Positions 49,624-58,866 of a stretch of 64,000 bases of DNA are shown here, one piece after another. Location of the stretch: positions 928,001 through 992,000 of the forward strand of contig OY970309.1 of the NCBI GenBank assembly GCA_963716395.1. The letters are read 5' to 3'. The notes under the pieces are model-generated. The model was not told the origin of the DNA, searched no databases, and saw only the letters and a list, made by a program, of their open reading frames with translations. Position numbers and translations under genes: made by a program. How positions within the stretch are numbered: the first letter of the stretch is position 1; each line of letters starts with the position of its first letter. The stretch is from an uncultured Fibrobacteria bacterium. Its GTDB lineage: Bacteria > Fibrobacterota > Fibrobacteria > UBA11236.

Positions 49624-50446
49624 TTTTTTTCTCCGCGGATCGAGACAAGGGGAATACTTGAAACAGGCATTGATAGACGCGATCTTTGTCGCGATCGCGT
49701 TCCGATAAAATCAGCAGTCGCTTGCGCAAGGCCGAAATCTCTTCACCAGCTTTTTTCAAACCTTCGGGCGAGAAGGCCAGGGTCAAGGCCGAAAAATCCC
49801 GTTCTTCTTTGGAAAAGCGCTCCAGGGCCGACAAAGCCAAGCGCGTGAAATCTTTTTGCAGTTGCTTCCAATGTGCTGATTTGAGCGTGGGGTCTTTGAC
49901 CAAAACCGGCGGTGCTCCCGGCAGCAAAAGTCCGAGCCGTTTCAAGACCGAAAGCGCGTGTCCGGCTTCGCGCGCGGTTATGGGCGGATCAAGGCGCGTG
50001 GCCAGGGTCTTCAGACCTTCGGCGGGTTGGATGAGCAACCATTCACGCAAAACCGCGTAGTACCAATGATCGAAGTATTGGAGTTGATCGCGCCGCAAGG
50101 TTTCTTGCCTTACGCCCTTGAGATGCAGCCATTTTTCATAAGCCGCGGCCCTTTGCTCTGCCGTTTCGGCGTTTTCCATTTCCAACAAGGTTTGCAAGAA
50201 TTCCCGCTCCCGCCCCTCCAAGCGCAGGGCCGAGGCCAGCGGGGCAAGGTATCTGGCCTTGAGCGATTGCCGACCGGCCAGAACATCGGCGAACCAACCC
50301 GAGGATTGGGCGCCGGCTTTTTGGGCCAGATAGCGATGGGAAAAGCGCCGGTCGGCGGCTTTCAAGCTGCGATAGCGATCACCCAGGAATGTCCGGTAAT
50401 CGGAATAATCCCTGATGTCCTGCGGTTCATGCCGTTGCGCGGGCAT
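49616..50446 (-). CDS. TIGR02147-family protein (N-terminal HTH-like region + DUF4423-like C-terminus)
   Basis: YSDYRTFL...FSHRYLAQKAG..S, WYYAVLRE, ERDFSALTL and VYQCLFQVFPLS motifs. Confidence 0.88.
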   Translation of the reverse strand: MPAQRHEPQDIRDYSDYRTFLGDRYRSLKAADRRFSHRYLAQKAGAQSSGWFADVLAGRQSLKARYLAPLASALRLEGREREFLQTLLEMENAETAEQRAAAYEKWLHLKGVRQETLRRDQLQYFDHWYYAVLREWLLIQPAEGLKTLATRLDPPITAREAGHALSVLKRLGLLLPGAPPVLVKDPTLKSAHWKQLQKDFTRLALSALERFSKEERDFSALTLAFSPEGLKKAGEEISALRKRLLILSERDRDKDRVYQCLFQVFPLSRSAEKKNG

Positions 50447-50485
50447 GAGCCCAATTATAGCCCGCAGAGCACCGGCCCGGAGGAA

Positions 50486-50518
50486 TGCTCTGAAAATATC
50501 GCTCTTATTTTCAGAGCA
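50486..50518. promoter_or_regulatory. Perfect 13-bp inverted repeat upstream of the TIGR02147 gene
   Basis: TGCTCTGAAAATA-N7-TATTTTCAGAGCA; TATAAT on the minus strand at 50454-50459. Confidence 0.6.
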
Positions 50519-50561
50519 GGATTTTTAGCGGTTTGTGCGCGAGGGCCTCAGTCCCACCCGA

Positions 50562-51023
50562 TTATTCCTTGGCCACCCACCGCGCGAAATAACGCGTATG
50601 CGGATCGCGGGGATAATTGTCTTCAATGGCTGGTGTCACCCCGAGGGAGTCGAGGTTCGACAGCACCAGCAGGTGCACGTCACCGGGTTGAAAAGAGGTA
50701 AGCGGGCCGTCGACCAGCGAATCCATGTCGTCGTGAATGTCGGGGCGCGCAAAGCGCGGATTGTAATGTCCCACCAGAATGATGCTGTCGTCGTACTGTC
50801 CACGCAACACCTTGAGCACCCGATATTTCATGATAAAGACGTAGTTGTAGAGATCATTGGCCGGGAAGGGCGCGGGCAAATCCAACAAACGCGCTTCGAC
50901 GGCCAAACTGCCGGTTTTGGGAAGGTCGGCAGCGTTCACCGTCTTGGCTTCGCGTTTATTGCAGGCGAAGAACAGGCCCGCAACACAAAGACATCCGGCT
51001 AATCGAGGTAGAGATCGGGCCAT
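50562..51023 (-). CDS. Small hypothetical lipoprotein
   Basis: Lipobox-like LFFAC; ANDLYNYVFIMKYRVLKVLRG...VGHYNP; overlaps the end of the upstream gene. Confidence 0.65.
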   Translation of the reverse strand: MARSLPRLAGCLCVAGLFFACNKREAKTVNAADLPKTGSLAVEARLLDLPAPFPANDLYNYVFIMKYRVLKVLRGQYDDSIILVGHYNPRFARPDIHDDMDSLVDGPLTSFQPGDVHLLVLSNLDSLGVTPAIEDNYPRDPHTRYFARWVAKE

Positions 51024-52060
51024 CGATCGTTTCCGGTGTGAAAGGTCAGGCGCACGGCCTGATCCCACGGGGTGCCGATTTTCCAGAGATAGATCTCATA
51101 ATCGGCGATGTCGTGATCATGGCCGTATTGGGTCGCGGCCCAGATGAGATAATCGGCGTGGTTGGAAAGCCGGGGGAAATATTCATGCGAACGCCGTCCC
51201 GGCAAATCCATGAAGCGAATGGACTTTCCGTTGATTTCATCGCCTTCGATTTTTCCATGTGTTCCATCATGGGTCAGATTAAAGGCGAAAATTTGGGTTC
51301 CTCCGATACCGGTTTGATTCACCCGCAGCACCCGGTAGGTGCCGTCTTTGTTGATCCCGGGGAAGAAGTTGAATTCGCACCCCCCCCCCGAGGTGAACCA
51401 CTTGCGGGTTTCAAGATTCAAAATGCCGGTTTCCCGCTGCGATCCCCGCAAGGTGAGTGCCAGCAACCGTTCGTCGTCCGACAGCGCGGGTTCCTGAGCG
51501 ATGCCCCCTTTCAACTCTTTGTCGCCGTCGGCCAGTTTTATTTCACCGGTTCCGTCCGGCTGGCACTTGTACACGTTTTTTCCGCGCGAGTAGATAATCG
51601 CCTTTCCGTCGCGGGTAAATACGGCCCAGGTAGAATTGGGAATCAGCAGTTTCTCGCTTCCCGGCGGGCCATCGGAACTGATGACCCAGGTATCCCACAA
51701 TTCGGGCTTGTTGGCTTCTTCTTCGTTGCACCAATCCAGCTTGGAGCGAGTGAAAATCACTTCTTTCCCGTCCGGCGAAATGCGCGGATACCAATCGGTA
51801 TGGTTGGTATGGGTCAGCGGATGTTTGTCGATGCCATCGGCGTTCATCTTGTATATATCGTGATTTTCATCCCGTGAAGTCGACCAGACGATGAAACCCT
51901 TCAGGTTGCCTTTCAACTTGGCCAACTTGGCGGCCTCATCGGCCGTAGGCTTTACCGGATGGCCGCGCGGCGGCTGCGACCAACCTACTTCAGCGCCGCA
52001 AACCACCAGAAGAAAAATCCACCAACTTTTTGGAAGAGAAATTTTTTTCCAGAAGTCCAA
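50999..52060 (-). CDS. TolB-like (PD40 repeat) secreted beta-propeller
   Basis: Signal peptide; DIYKMNADG, PRISPDG, HEYFPRLS and DRWPDL repeats. Confidence 0.8.
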   Translation of the reverse strand: MDFWKKISLPKSWWIFLLVVCGAEVGWSQPPRGHPVKPTADEAAKLAKLKGNLKGFIVWSTSRDENHDIYKMNADGIDKHPLTHTNHTDWYPRISPDGKEVIFTRSKLDWCNEEEANKPELWDTWVISSDGPPGSEKLLIPNSTWAVFTRDGKAIIYSRGKNVYKCQPDGTGEIKLADGDKELKGGIAQEPALSDDERLLALTLRGSQRETGILNLETRKWFTSGGGCEFNFFPGINKDGTYRVLRVNQTGIGGTQIFAFNLTHDGTHGKIEGDEINGKSIRFMDLPGRRSHEYFPRLSNHADYLIWAATQYGHDHDIADYEIYLWKIGTPWDQAVRLTFHTGNDRWPDLYLD

Positions 52061-52546
52061 AATATGTGTCCTTCCCCCTGCTTACCGCCGTTGGGGTACG
52101 GCAGATCCAGGAGCTTATAGGGTCGTGATTTTCGAATAAACTACTCCCTTCGCCGAGGGTGGACCGGCGGTGAGAGATATTCCGGCGGATGCGAGGAATT
52201 GGCGAAATCGCAAGGGCCTTTCGGAGCGAACCCCAACATAACGAACCTCAAACCTGGAAAATCCCTTTGCCGAAGGGTTTCGGAGTCTCCTGTTGGTAAA
52301 CCGACCCTCCTGGGTGATTTTCAACATATTGGTTGAATAAACATTCAAAATATTCCCTTATGAATTAGCGCATTTTAAGGAATTTGTAAGGGGTTTTGGT
52401 TTAACCCGGAGAAACTATAAACATGGTTTGATATAATGTTTATAGATATCCGTTTCTGCGTTTTTTTGAGTTCCGCTTATTTCATCGGTTTACTGCACCG
52501 TGCGGTAACGAAGGAAGGCTCGAATCTGTCGAAGAATGCCGAAAGA

Positions 52547-53428
52547 CTAAGCCGGAATGGGAATGAGTGGCATAGCCTGATGGGCCAACAGGAACCGGAT
52601 TTTTTGTTCAAAATCCACATGGCCGGTGATATTCGTCCAACCGATTTCGCTGGCTTTGGTTTTAAGGAGATCGAATTGGGGCGGATCGATTTCCATCAAA
52701 AAAATCCCCCCGTCGGCCACCCGGGAAAAAGCCGCGTGCAACAAGGCCAAGGGAAACTCCCAACCTCCTTCTCCACCGTTCAAAGCCTGAACCGGGTCAT
52801 AATTTCGAACCTCGGGCTCCAGCATGGGAATCTCCCTCGCGGCCACATAAGGCGGATTCGACACAACCGCGTCCCACACCCGATCGGGAGGAAGCCCGGC
52901 GAAGAGATCGCTGCGGAAGAGTTCGGGAAGCGCGAGTCCGTTGCGTGCGGCGTTCTCGCGCGTCAGCGTTAGGCAATCTTCCGACACGTCAAGAGCGGTT
53001 ACCTCGCAATGGGGCCATTCGCGCAGAATCGACAGGGCGATGCACCCGCTTCCCACCCCGACGTCGAGCACCCGCGGCTGCGGCCGGGCCGGCAGGTGCC
53101 GGCCGAACACGTCGAGCAGCACCTCGGTTTCAGGCCGCGGAATTAAGGCCCGGCGGTCGACGCGCAAGGTCAGTTGGCGGAATTCCACATCGCCCAGAAT
53201 GTGCTGCAAGGGTTCGCGCCCGCCGCGACGGCGGATGAAGTCACGGTAACCCGCAAGTTCCGGCTCCGTCAAAGGCCGGTCGAATTGCAGATACAGGTCG
53301 AGCCGCTTGAGGCCCAGCGCGCGCGCCAGCAGAAGTTCGGCGTCGAGGCGCGGCTGCGGAACCCCTTTTGCCTGCAAATAGGCCGCGGCCTTGTTCAAAA
53401 CTTCGAGTAAGGGTGGAGGCGAAGGCAT
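52547..53428 (-). CDS. prmC: Release factor glutamine methyltransferase
   Basis: EPLQHILG, LIPRPETE, DVGVGSGCIA and SNPPY motifs. Confidence 0.95.
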   Translation of the reverse strand: MPSPPPLLEVLNKAAAYLQAKGVPQPRLDAELLLARALGLKRLDLYLQFDRPLTEPELAGYRDFIRRRGGREPLQHILGDVEFRQLTLRVDRRALIPRPETEVLLDVFGRHLPARPQPRVLDVGVGSGCIALSILREWPHCEVTALDVSEDCLTLTRENAARNGLALPELFRSDLFAGLPPDRVWDAVVSNPPYVAAREIPMLEPEVRNYDPVQALNGGEGGWEFPLALLHAAFSRVADGGIFLMEIDPPQFDLLKTKASEIGWTNITGHVDFEQKIRFLLAHQAMPLIPIPA

Positions 53429-53447
53429 GCGCGACCGGGAACGACGT

Positions 53448-54533
53448 TCAACCCCGGCGTTCCAGCGCGCGCAGTTTTTCTGCTCCCGCCTCCACGGCCA
53501 GGGCATCGAGCAATTCCTGAAGATCGCCGTTCATTACCGCCTCAAGCTTGTACAGCGTCAGCCCGATGCGGTGATCGGTGACGCGGCCCTGGGCGTAGTT
53601 GTAGGTGCGGATTTTGGCGGAGCGGTCGCCCGTGCCCACCTGCGCCTTGCGCGCCGCGGCCTCTTTGGATTCCTGCTCGGCCAGGCGCGCGTCGAGCAAT
53701 TTGGAACGCAAAAGGTTCATGGCCTTGGCGCGGTTCTTATGCTGCGACCGCTCGTCCTGGCAGGCGACTACGAGGCCGGTGGGCAAATGCGTGATGCGCA
53801 CGGCTGAATCGGTTTTGTTGATGTGCTGGCCGCCCGCGCCGCCGGCCCGGTAGGTGTCGACGCGGAGTTCCTCGTCTTTGATCTCGAGATCGTCCATTTC
53901 ATCGGCCATGGGCATGACCACCACGCTGGCCGCCGAGGTGTGCACGCGGCCCTGGGCTTCGGTGGCAGGCACGCGCTGCACCCGGTGCACTCCGCTTTCG
54001 TACTTGAGCACGCCGTAGACGCCCTCGTCGGGAATTTCCGCCACGATTTCCTTGAATCCACCCACCGTGCCTTCGCTGGCGCTGACGAGATGGGGATGCC
54101 AGCCCCGGTTTTCGGCATAATGCCCGTACATGCGATACAAGTCGCCTGCGAACAGGCTGGCTTCATCTCCGCCTGTGCCGGCGCGGATTTCCAGGATGGC
54201 GCCGCGGACATCCGCCGGATCTTTGGGTATCAGCAGCCATTCCAATTCTTTTTCCCGCGTCGGAACGGCTTCTTCCAGGCGGCGGACTTCCTCCTCCGCC
54301 AGCTTCTGCAATTCCCCATCGGCCGGATCCTGGACCGCGCGCCGCCACTCTTGCAACTCGGCCAGCAAGCCGAGATAGGTGCGGGATTGTTGCACCAATT
54401 CCTGCAGGGCCTTGTGCTCGCGGGACAAACCGGTCATACGGGCCCGGTCGGAAAGCACCTCGGGGTTTTGCAATTGCGCTTCGATTTCTTCGCTGTGCGC
54501 GACGGCTTTACGCGCTTGATCGCGGAGATCCAT
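53448..54533 (-). CDS. prfA: Peptide chain release factor 1
   Basis: PAT recognition motif (QRVPATE), GGQ motif and IRTYNY. Confidence 0.96.
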   Translation of the reverse strand: MDLRDQARKAVAHSEEIEAQLQNPEVLSDRARMTGLSREHKALQELVQQSRTYLGLLAELQEWRRAVQDPADGELQKLAEEEVRRLEEAVPTREKELEWLLIPKDPADVRGAILEIRAGTGGDEASLFAGDLYRMYGHYAENRGWHPHLVSASEGTVGGFKEIVAEIPDEGVYGVLKYESGVHRVQRVPATEAQGRVHTSAASVVVMPMADEMDDLEIKDEELRVDTYRAGGAGGQHINKTDSAVRITHLPTGLVVACQDERSQHKNRAKAMNLLRSKLLDARLAEQESKEAAARKAQVGTGDRSAKIRTYNYAQGRVTDHRIGLTLYKLEAVMNGDLQELLDALAVEAGAEKLRALERRG

Positions 54534-54572
54534 GCGGGGGTAAAAGTAGAAACGGAGCCGCGGCGGCCCGCG

Positions 54573-55568
54573 CTAGGCGAGCGACGCCTTCACCGAAGCG
54601 ACGGCGACTTCGAGTTGCGAAGCGTCGGGTTCGCGCGTGGTGATATGTTGCAACCACAGGCCGGGCAGAATGAGCGGCCGCACCCAGGGCGCGTCCTGAA
54701 AGCGGGCCGACAGCTTGAGTACTTCGAAGGAAAGCCCGGCCACCAGGGGAATGAACGGCAAATGGGTCAGAAAGCGGGCGAAGAAATTGGGATAGACGAT
54801 CCCGAAGCCCTGTTGCAACAAGGAGTCGAACAAGGAGAAGAAAAACACGCACACCAGGGCCACGATCAGAATGAACGATGTGCCGCAGCGCGGATGAAAG
54901 CGGCTTTCGCCCGCCACCTGCTCGATCCCCAGCCCCCGCTTGCGTTCGTAGGCGAAGATGGATTTATGTTCGGCGCCGTGGTATTGGAAGACTCGGGAAA
55001 TGTCGGGAAGATGCGACAGCCCCCACATATAGGTCAGCAGCAACACCATGCGAATGGCCCCCGCCACTCCATTGAAGAGCAGGGGATTTTGCGGATGCAG
55101 GCGATCGCCGCCCACTATCCACGCGGAGGCCGCGTAGGGCAATAGCTGAAAAAGCGCCAGGGCCAAGGCGAAGGAAATCAAGAGCGGAACGGCCGCCAGG
55201 GCCTTCTTTTTCACCCCCGCCGGTTCCGAAAAACTTTTCGCCGCCGGCTTTTCCGGGGTTGTTTCCTGCACGCCGGCCGACCAGTTCAAGGCCTGGATGC
55301 CGATGTACAACGATTCGATGAGGGACGCCGCGCCGCGCAAGATGGGCCAGCCGAGCAACCGGAAGCGTCGCGAGAAAGGCGTAAAGGGACGGCTTTGCAG
55401 GGCGATGGAACCATCCGGCGCGCGCACGGCCACGGAGAGGCGATGGGCGCTGCGCATGAGCACACCTTCGATCACAGCCTGGCCGCCGATAGCGGTTTCG
55501 GGCTGGTACGCCAGCAACTGGGCCATTCCCGCGTTCAGTCGCAGCAGCAGGAATTTGGCAGAGGCCAT
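54573..55568 (-). CDS. DUF1385 membrane protein
   Basis: IGGQAVIEGV, FQYHGAEHK, HPRCGTSF and PGLWLQHITTREP motifs; usual rpmE-DUF1385-prfA context. Confidence 0.92.
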   Translation of the reverse strand: MASAKFLLLRLNAGMAQLLAYQPETAIGGQAVIEGVLMRSAHRLSVAVRAPDGSIALQSRPFTPFSRRFRLLGWPILRGAASLIESLYIGIQALNWSAGVQETTPEKPAAKSFSEPAGVKKKALAAVPLLISFALALALFQLLPYAASAWIVGGDRLHPQNPLLFNGVAGAIRMVLLLTYMWGLSHLPDISRVFQYHGAEHKSIFAYERKRGLGIEQVAGESRFHPRCGTSFILIVALVCVFFFSLFDSLLQQGFGIVYPNFFARFLTHLPFIPLVAGLSFEVLKLSARFQDAPWVRPLILPGLWLQHITTREPDASQLEVAVASVKASLA

Positions 55569-55577
55569 GGATGGAAA

Positions 55578-55838
55578 TTATTCGGCGGAAGGCGTTGCGG
55601 TTTTGGCCGGGGTTTTCCGGGTCTTGCGCTTGCCGCCCACCACGCTGGTGTAACGCGAGGTGAATTTCTCGATGCGGCCCGCCGAGTCGATCATCTTCTG
55701 CTTGCCCGTGTAATACGGATGGCAATTGGAACAGATTTCAATGGTTTGGCCGGGAACCGTGGATCGGAGCTCAATCACGTTGCCGCAGGAGCAGGAGAAA
55801 GTTTGCGGAGTGTATTTCGGGTGGATCTCGGCCTTCAT
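55578..55838 (-). CDS. rpmE: 50S ribosomal protein L31 (zinc-binding type)
   Basis: [23 protein letters not shown] and GRIEKF motifs. Confidence 0.96.
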   Translation of the reverse strand: MKAEIHPKYTPQTFSCSCGNVIELRSTVPGQTIEICSNCHPYYTGKQKMIDSAGRIEKFTSRYTSVVGGKRKTRKTPAKTATPSAE

Positions 55839-55925
55839 AATTGCGCCCCAACTGCGAAAAATGGAATTTACAAAGATAACCTTTCGGACTTTTTTCTGCA
55901 ATTCTTCAGGATACCTCTAATTAAC

Positions 55926-56058
55926 GGCTCCCGTCGTCAGTCCTGCTAGGGCTTACGCGGCCTGAACCGGTTCCCAAGCTTGACGAGGGGTGTCGAAGGC
56001 AAGGAGAAAGGCGGTTACAGCGAAGCTTTTGCCGCCACCCTGTGGAGAGAGCATTTTT
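55926..56058. ncRNA. Candidate structured RNA between rpmE and thiG (unassigned)
   Basis: Complementary segments cccgtcgtca/tgacgagggg, ggcgg/ccgcc and terminal gctc/gagc followed by a T run; no canonical family recognised. Confidence 0.3.
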
Positions 56059-56063
56059 CGGTC

Positions 56064-56834
56064 ATGGAAGACAAACCTCTCGTTCTCGGCGGCCATACTT
56101 TTGGGTCGCGGCTGATTGTTGGCACGGGTAAATATCCGAATTTTGCGGTTATGCAAAGAGCGCATCTTGCCTCCGGCGCCGAAATGATCACCGTCGCGCT
56201 GGGGCGGGTGAAACTCAACGGACCCGAAGAAGAAAACATTCTGAATTACATCGACACCAAGAAATACGTTTTGCTCCCCAATACGGCCGGGGCCTTCAAC
56301 GTCGAAGACGCCTTGCGCATTGCGCGGTTGGCACGGGCGCAAGGGATGAATCTGCTCAAACTGGAAGTGCTGTCCGACGCCAAAACCTTGCTGCCCGATC
56401 CCCTGGCCACCTACGCCGCCACCCGGGAATTGGTGCGCGAAGGCTTCACGGTATTGGTTTACACCAACGACGATCCGGTGCTCGCCCAGCGGCTGGAAGA
56501 TTTGGGTGTGGCCGCGGTCATGCCCGCCGGCTCGCCCATCGGCAGCGGCCAAGGCGTGCTCAACGAAAACAACCTCCGCATCATGCGCGAATCCTTGACG
56601 TGCCCCATCATCGTGGATGCGGGCATGGGCACGGCTTCGGATCTCAGCCGGGCCATGGAACTGGGGGTCGAAGGGGTCTTGTGCAATACCGGCATCGCCG
56701 GCGCGCAGGATCCGGTGCGCATGGCCCGCGCCTTTCGTCTGGCCTGCGAAGCCGGACGCGACGCCTATCTGGCGGGCCGCATCCCCCGCAAACTCTACGG
56801 TTCGGCTTCAAGCCCGCTCGAAGGCTTGCGCTGA
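56064..56834 (+). CDS. thiG: Thiazole synthase
   Basis: [32 protein letters not shown] and ASSP motifs. Confidence 0.96.
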   Translation: MEDKPLVLGGHTFGSRLIVGTGKYPNFAVMQRAHLASGAEMITVALGRVKLNGPEEENILNYIDTKKYVLLPNTAGAFNVEDALRIARLARAQGMNLLKLEVLSDAKTLLPDPLATYAATRELVREGFTVLVYTNDDPVLAQRLEDLGVAAVMPAGSPIGSGQGVLNENNLRIMRESLTCPIIVDAGMGTASDLSRAMELGVEGVLCNTGIAGAQDPVRMARAFRLACEAGRDAYLAGRIPRKLYGSASSPLEGLR

Positions 56835-57045
56835 TCCTCACCGCCGGGCTTGAGAAACTCGCGAAACCGCGGCGGGGTTTATTCTGAGCCAATCTTCTCA
56901 CCCATGACGTAAGATCACATTCTTGACTATGCTTCTGTCCGCGTTCGCTGTGGCGAATGCGTTGAGGGGCGCTTTTCGATGCTGGTTTCGTCTTCAATCT
57001 TCCCTTGACGCGCGGCCGATCTTTCTTCGTTCCGGGCGACGACGC

Positions 57046-58044
57046 ATGGCTCCAAGCGAAACTCCGTTTTCCCCATCCGGGCGGAAACCGGCACGGACTC
57101 CGCAATTCTTCGTTTCGGAAAGAGCGTGGGCGGAACAGCAAGCCCGTTTGCGGCAACGGCTTCCCTTTCTGTGGGAAAGCTGCCGCAAAAGCCAGGGCGA
57201 ACTGGTAGAAGCCGAACTGCGGCGCGCCCTGGCCCTGGTGCATGCGGCGCATGAATCGTTTCGTGAGCACGAACGGACTTTTTTCTTGGAAACCCGGGCC
57301 GAATGCCATCGCTGGCAGCAGCGCCGCGACGGATTGAAACGCGGCCGGCCCGGACTTTTGCGGGCCCTTGAGGCGGTATTGGGCGGCCTCGAAGCCGAAG
57401 CGCAAACCGGGGCCATGCCGCTGCGGCCCCACCTGGCTTTTTGCTTTGGGGGCTTGCGGCGCCTGGTTTCGTTGCCGTTTTCCGAAAATGAAATCCGCTT
57501 TCCCGCTCCCTTTGCGCCGGTGGGTGTACAGGAGGCCGGCGAAGAAACCATCGCCAAAACCATGGCCGATCTGCGCGGCAAACGGCTTCCGCATTCGCCC
57601 GCGGATTTACTCGGCCGCATCGAATCGGTTTGCGCGCATTGGTGGTATGCACAAACGCAATTGACCGAATTGTACGGCCGTCCGGCGCGGGAAATGGGGA
57701 ACTTGGCGACAGCCCTGCGCCGCGAATTCGAAATCGTGGTGGGCCGGCATATACTCCCGGTTTTGGACGCCCTGGAGGCGGCCTTGGAGGCGATGGCCGC
57801 GGACGTGGCCTCGGCGCGGTCGACTTTGCTCCGGGCCAAAACCACCTTGATCGATTATTTGGGCACGGGTGAAATCACCGTGCTGGAAGTGCCCTTGGGT
57901 TCGGTATTCGACGCCACGCGCCACACTTCGGGAATCAAGCTTTCCAGCGGGCGCGGGCGCGTCGTCAAAGTGCTCCGTCCCGGTTATTGCGCCGGCGCCG
58001 ACATTCTACGCCGCGTTGAAGTTGAGGTGCTTGTCACCGAATAG
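57046..58044 (+). CDS. Divergent GrpE-like protein (helical N-terminus + GrpE-type head)
   Basis: LPVLDALEAAL and GSVFDATRH...VVKVLRPGY...ILRRVEVEV. Confidence 0.6.
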   Translation: MAPSETPFSPSGRKPARTPQFFVSERAWAEQQARLRQRLPFLWESCRKSQGELVEAELRRALALVHAAHESFREHERTFFLETRAECHRWQQRRDGLKRGRPGLLRALEAVLGGLEAEAQTGAMPLRPHLAFCFGGLRRLVSLPFSENEIRFPAPFAPVGVQEAGEETIAKTMADLRGKRLPHSPADLLGRIESVCAHWWYAQTQLTELYGRPAREMGNLATALRREFEIVVGRHILPVLDALEAALEAMAADVASARSTLLRAKTTLIDYLGTGEITVLEVPLGSVFDATRHTSGIKLSSGRGRVVKVLRPGYCAGADILRRVEVEVLVTE

Positions 58045-58091
58045 AGAAGACGCCTCAACCCGGCCTTGGTATTTTGCCGGCGGAAGCGCAC

Positions 58092-58748
58092 ATGAATAAC
58101 TCCGTCATTCTTCCGGGGCGCACCCCGTTTTACTTCGTAACCGATCACGCGTTAAACGGCGGCCGCTCCAAGCTCGACGTGATCGCCGCGGCCTTGAGCG
58201 GGGGGATCCAATTGATCCAATACCGCGACAAAGAATTGTCCGATGCCGACTTCGCCGCTGAAGCGGCCGCGGCCCTGGCCTTGTGCCGCCGGCATGGGGC
58301 CGTCCTGCTCGTAAATGATCGGGTCGAGCTCGCCGGGCAGATCGGCGCCGACGGCGTGCATCTGGGTCAGGAGGACATGCCTCCGGAAGAGGCGCGGCGG
58401 CGCCTTGGCCCCGCAGCGGTGATTGGGCTTTCGACCCATAACGAGGCTGAGGTCAAAGCGGCCGGGGACCGGCCGTTGGATTACATCAACATCGGGCCCC
58501 TGTTTCCGACCCGGACCAAACCGCATACCCACGCTTTGGGAATCGACGAAGTGTTGCGGCTGGCGGGCATGACCCGCCACGCCTGGTGCACCATGGGCGG
58601 CATCGCCCGTGCGCAGGTGGGGGAGCTGTTTCGACGGGGCGTGAAGACCGCGGCCATGGTGACCGCCATCAGTCTCGCCGACAATATAGAGCAGAGCGTA
58701 ACGGACTTGCTGGCGGAAGCGGGGGCGGCCAACCTCCCTCCACCGTAA
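58092..58748 (+). CDS. thiE: Thiamine-phosphate synthase
   Basis: QYRDK, VNDR, DGVHLGQED, GLSTH and GPLFPTRTK motifs. Confidence 0.95.
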   Translation: MNNSVILPGRTPFYFVTDHALNGGRSKLDVIAAALSGGIQLIQYRDKELSDADFAAEAAAALALCRRHGAVLLVNDRVELAGQIGADGVHLGQEDMPPEEARRRLGPAAVIGLSTHNEAEVKAAGDRPLDYINIGPLFPTRTKPHTHALGIDEVLRLAGMTRHAWCTMGGIARAQVGELFRRGVKTAAMVTAISLADNIEQSVTDLLAEAGAANLPPP

Positions 58749-58866
58749 TTTCGGTCAAAAACGACGGACTTTTTCGTGCACTTGACCCGGGTGCCGCGTT
58801 CGACTTGGCGAACGCAGGAGTTGATGAAAAACCTTATTTTGCAGCCGGCTATTTGGAGAAATACCC

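Noticed and set aside
52436-52972. 178-aa plus-strand ORF
   Set aside because: Mostly antisense to prmC, with no recognisable features.
56835-56920. Possible TPP riboswitch downstream of thiG (TGAGA and CTGAG present)
   Set aside because: The remaining aptamer elements and their order do not fit.
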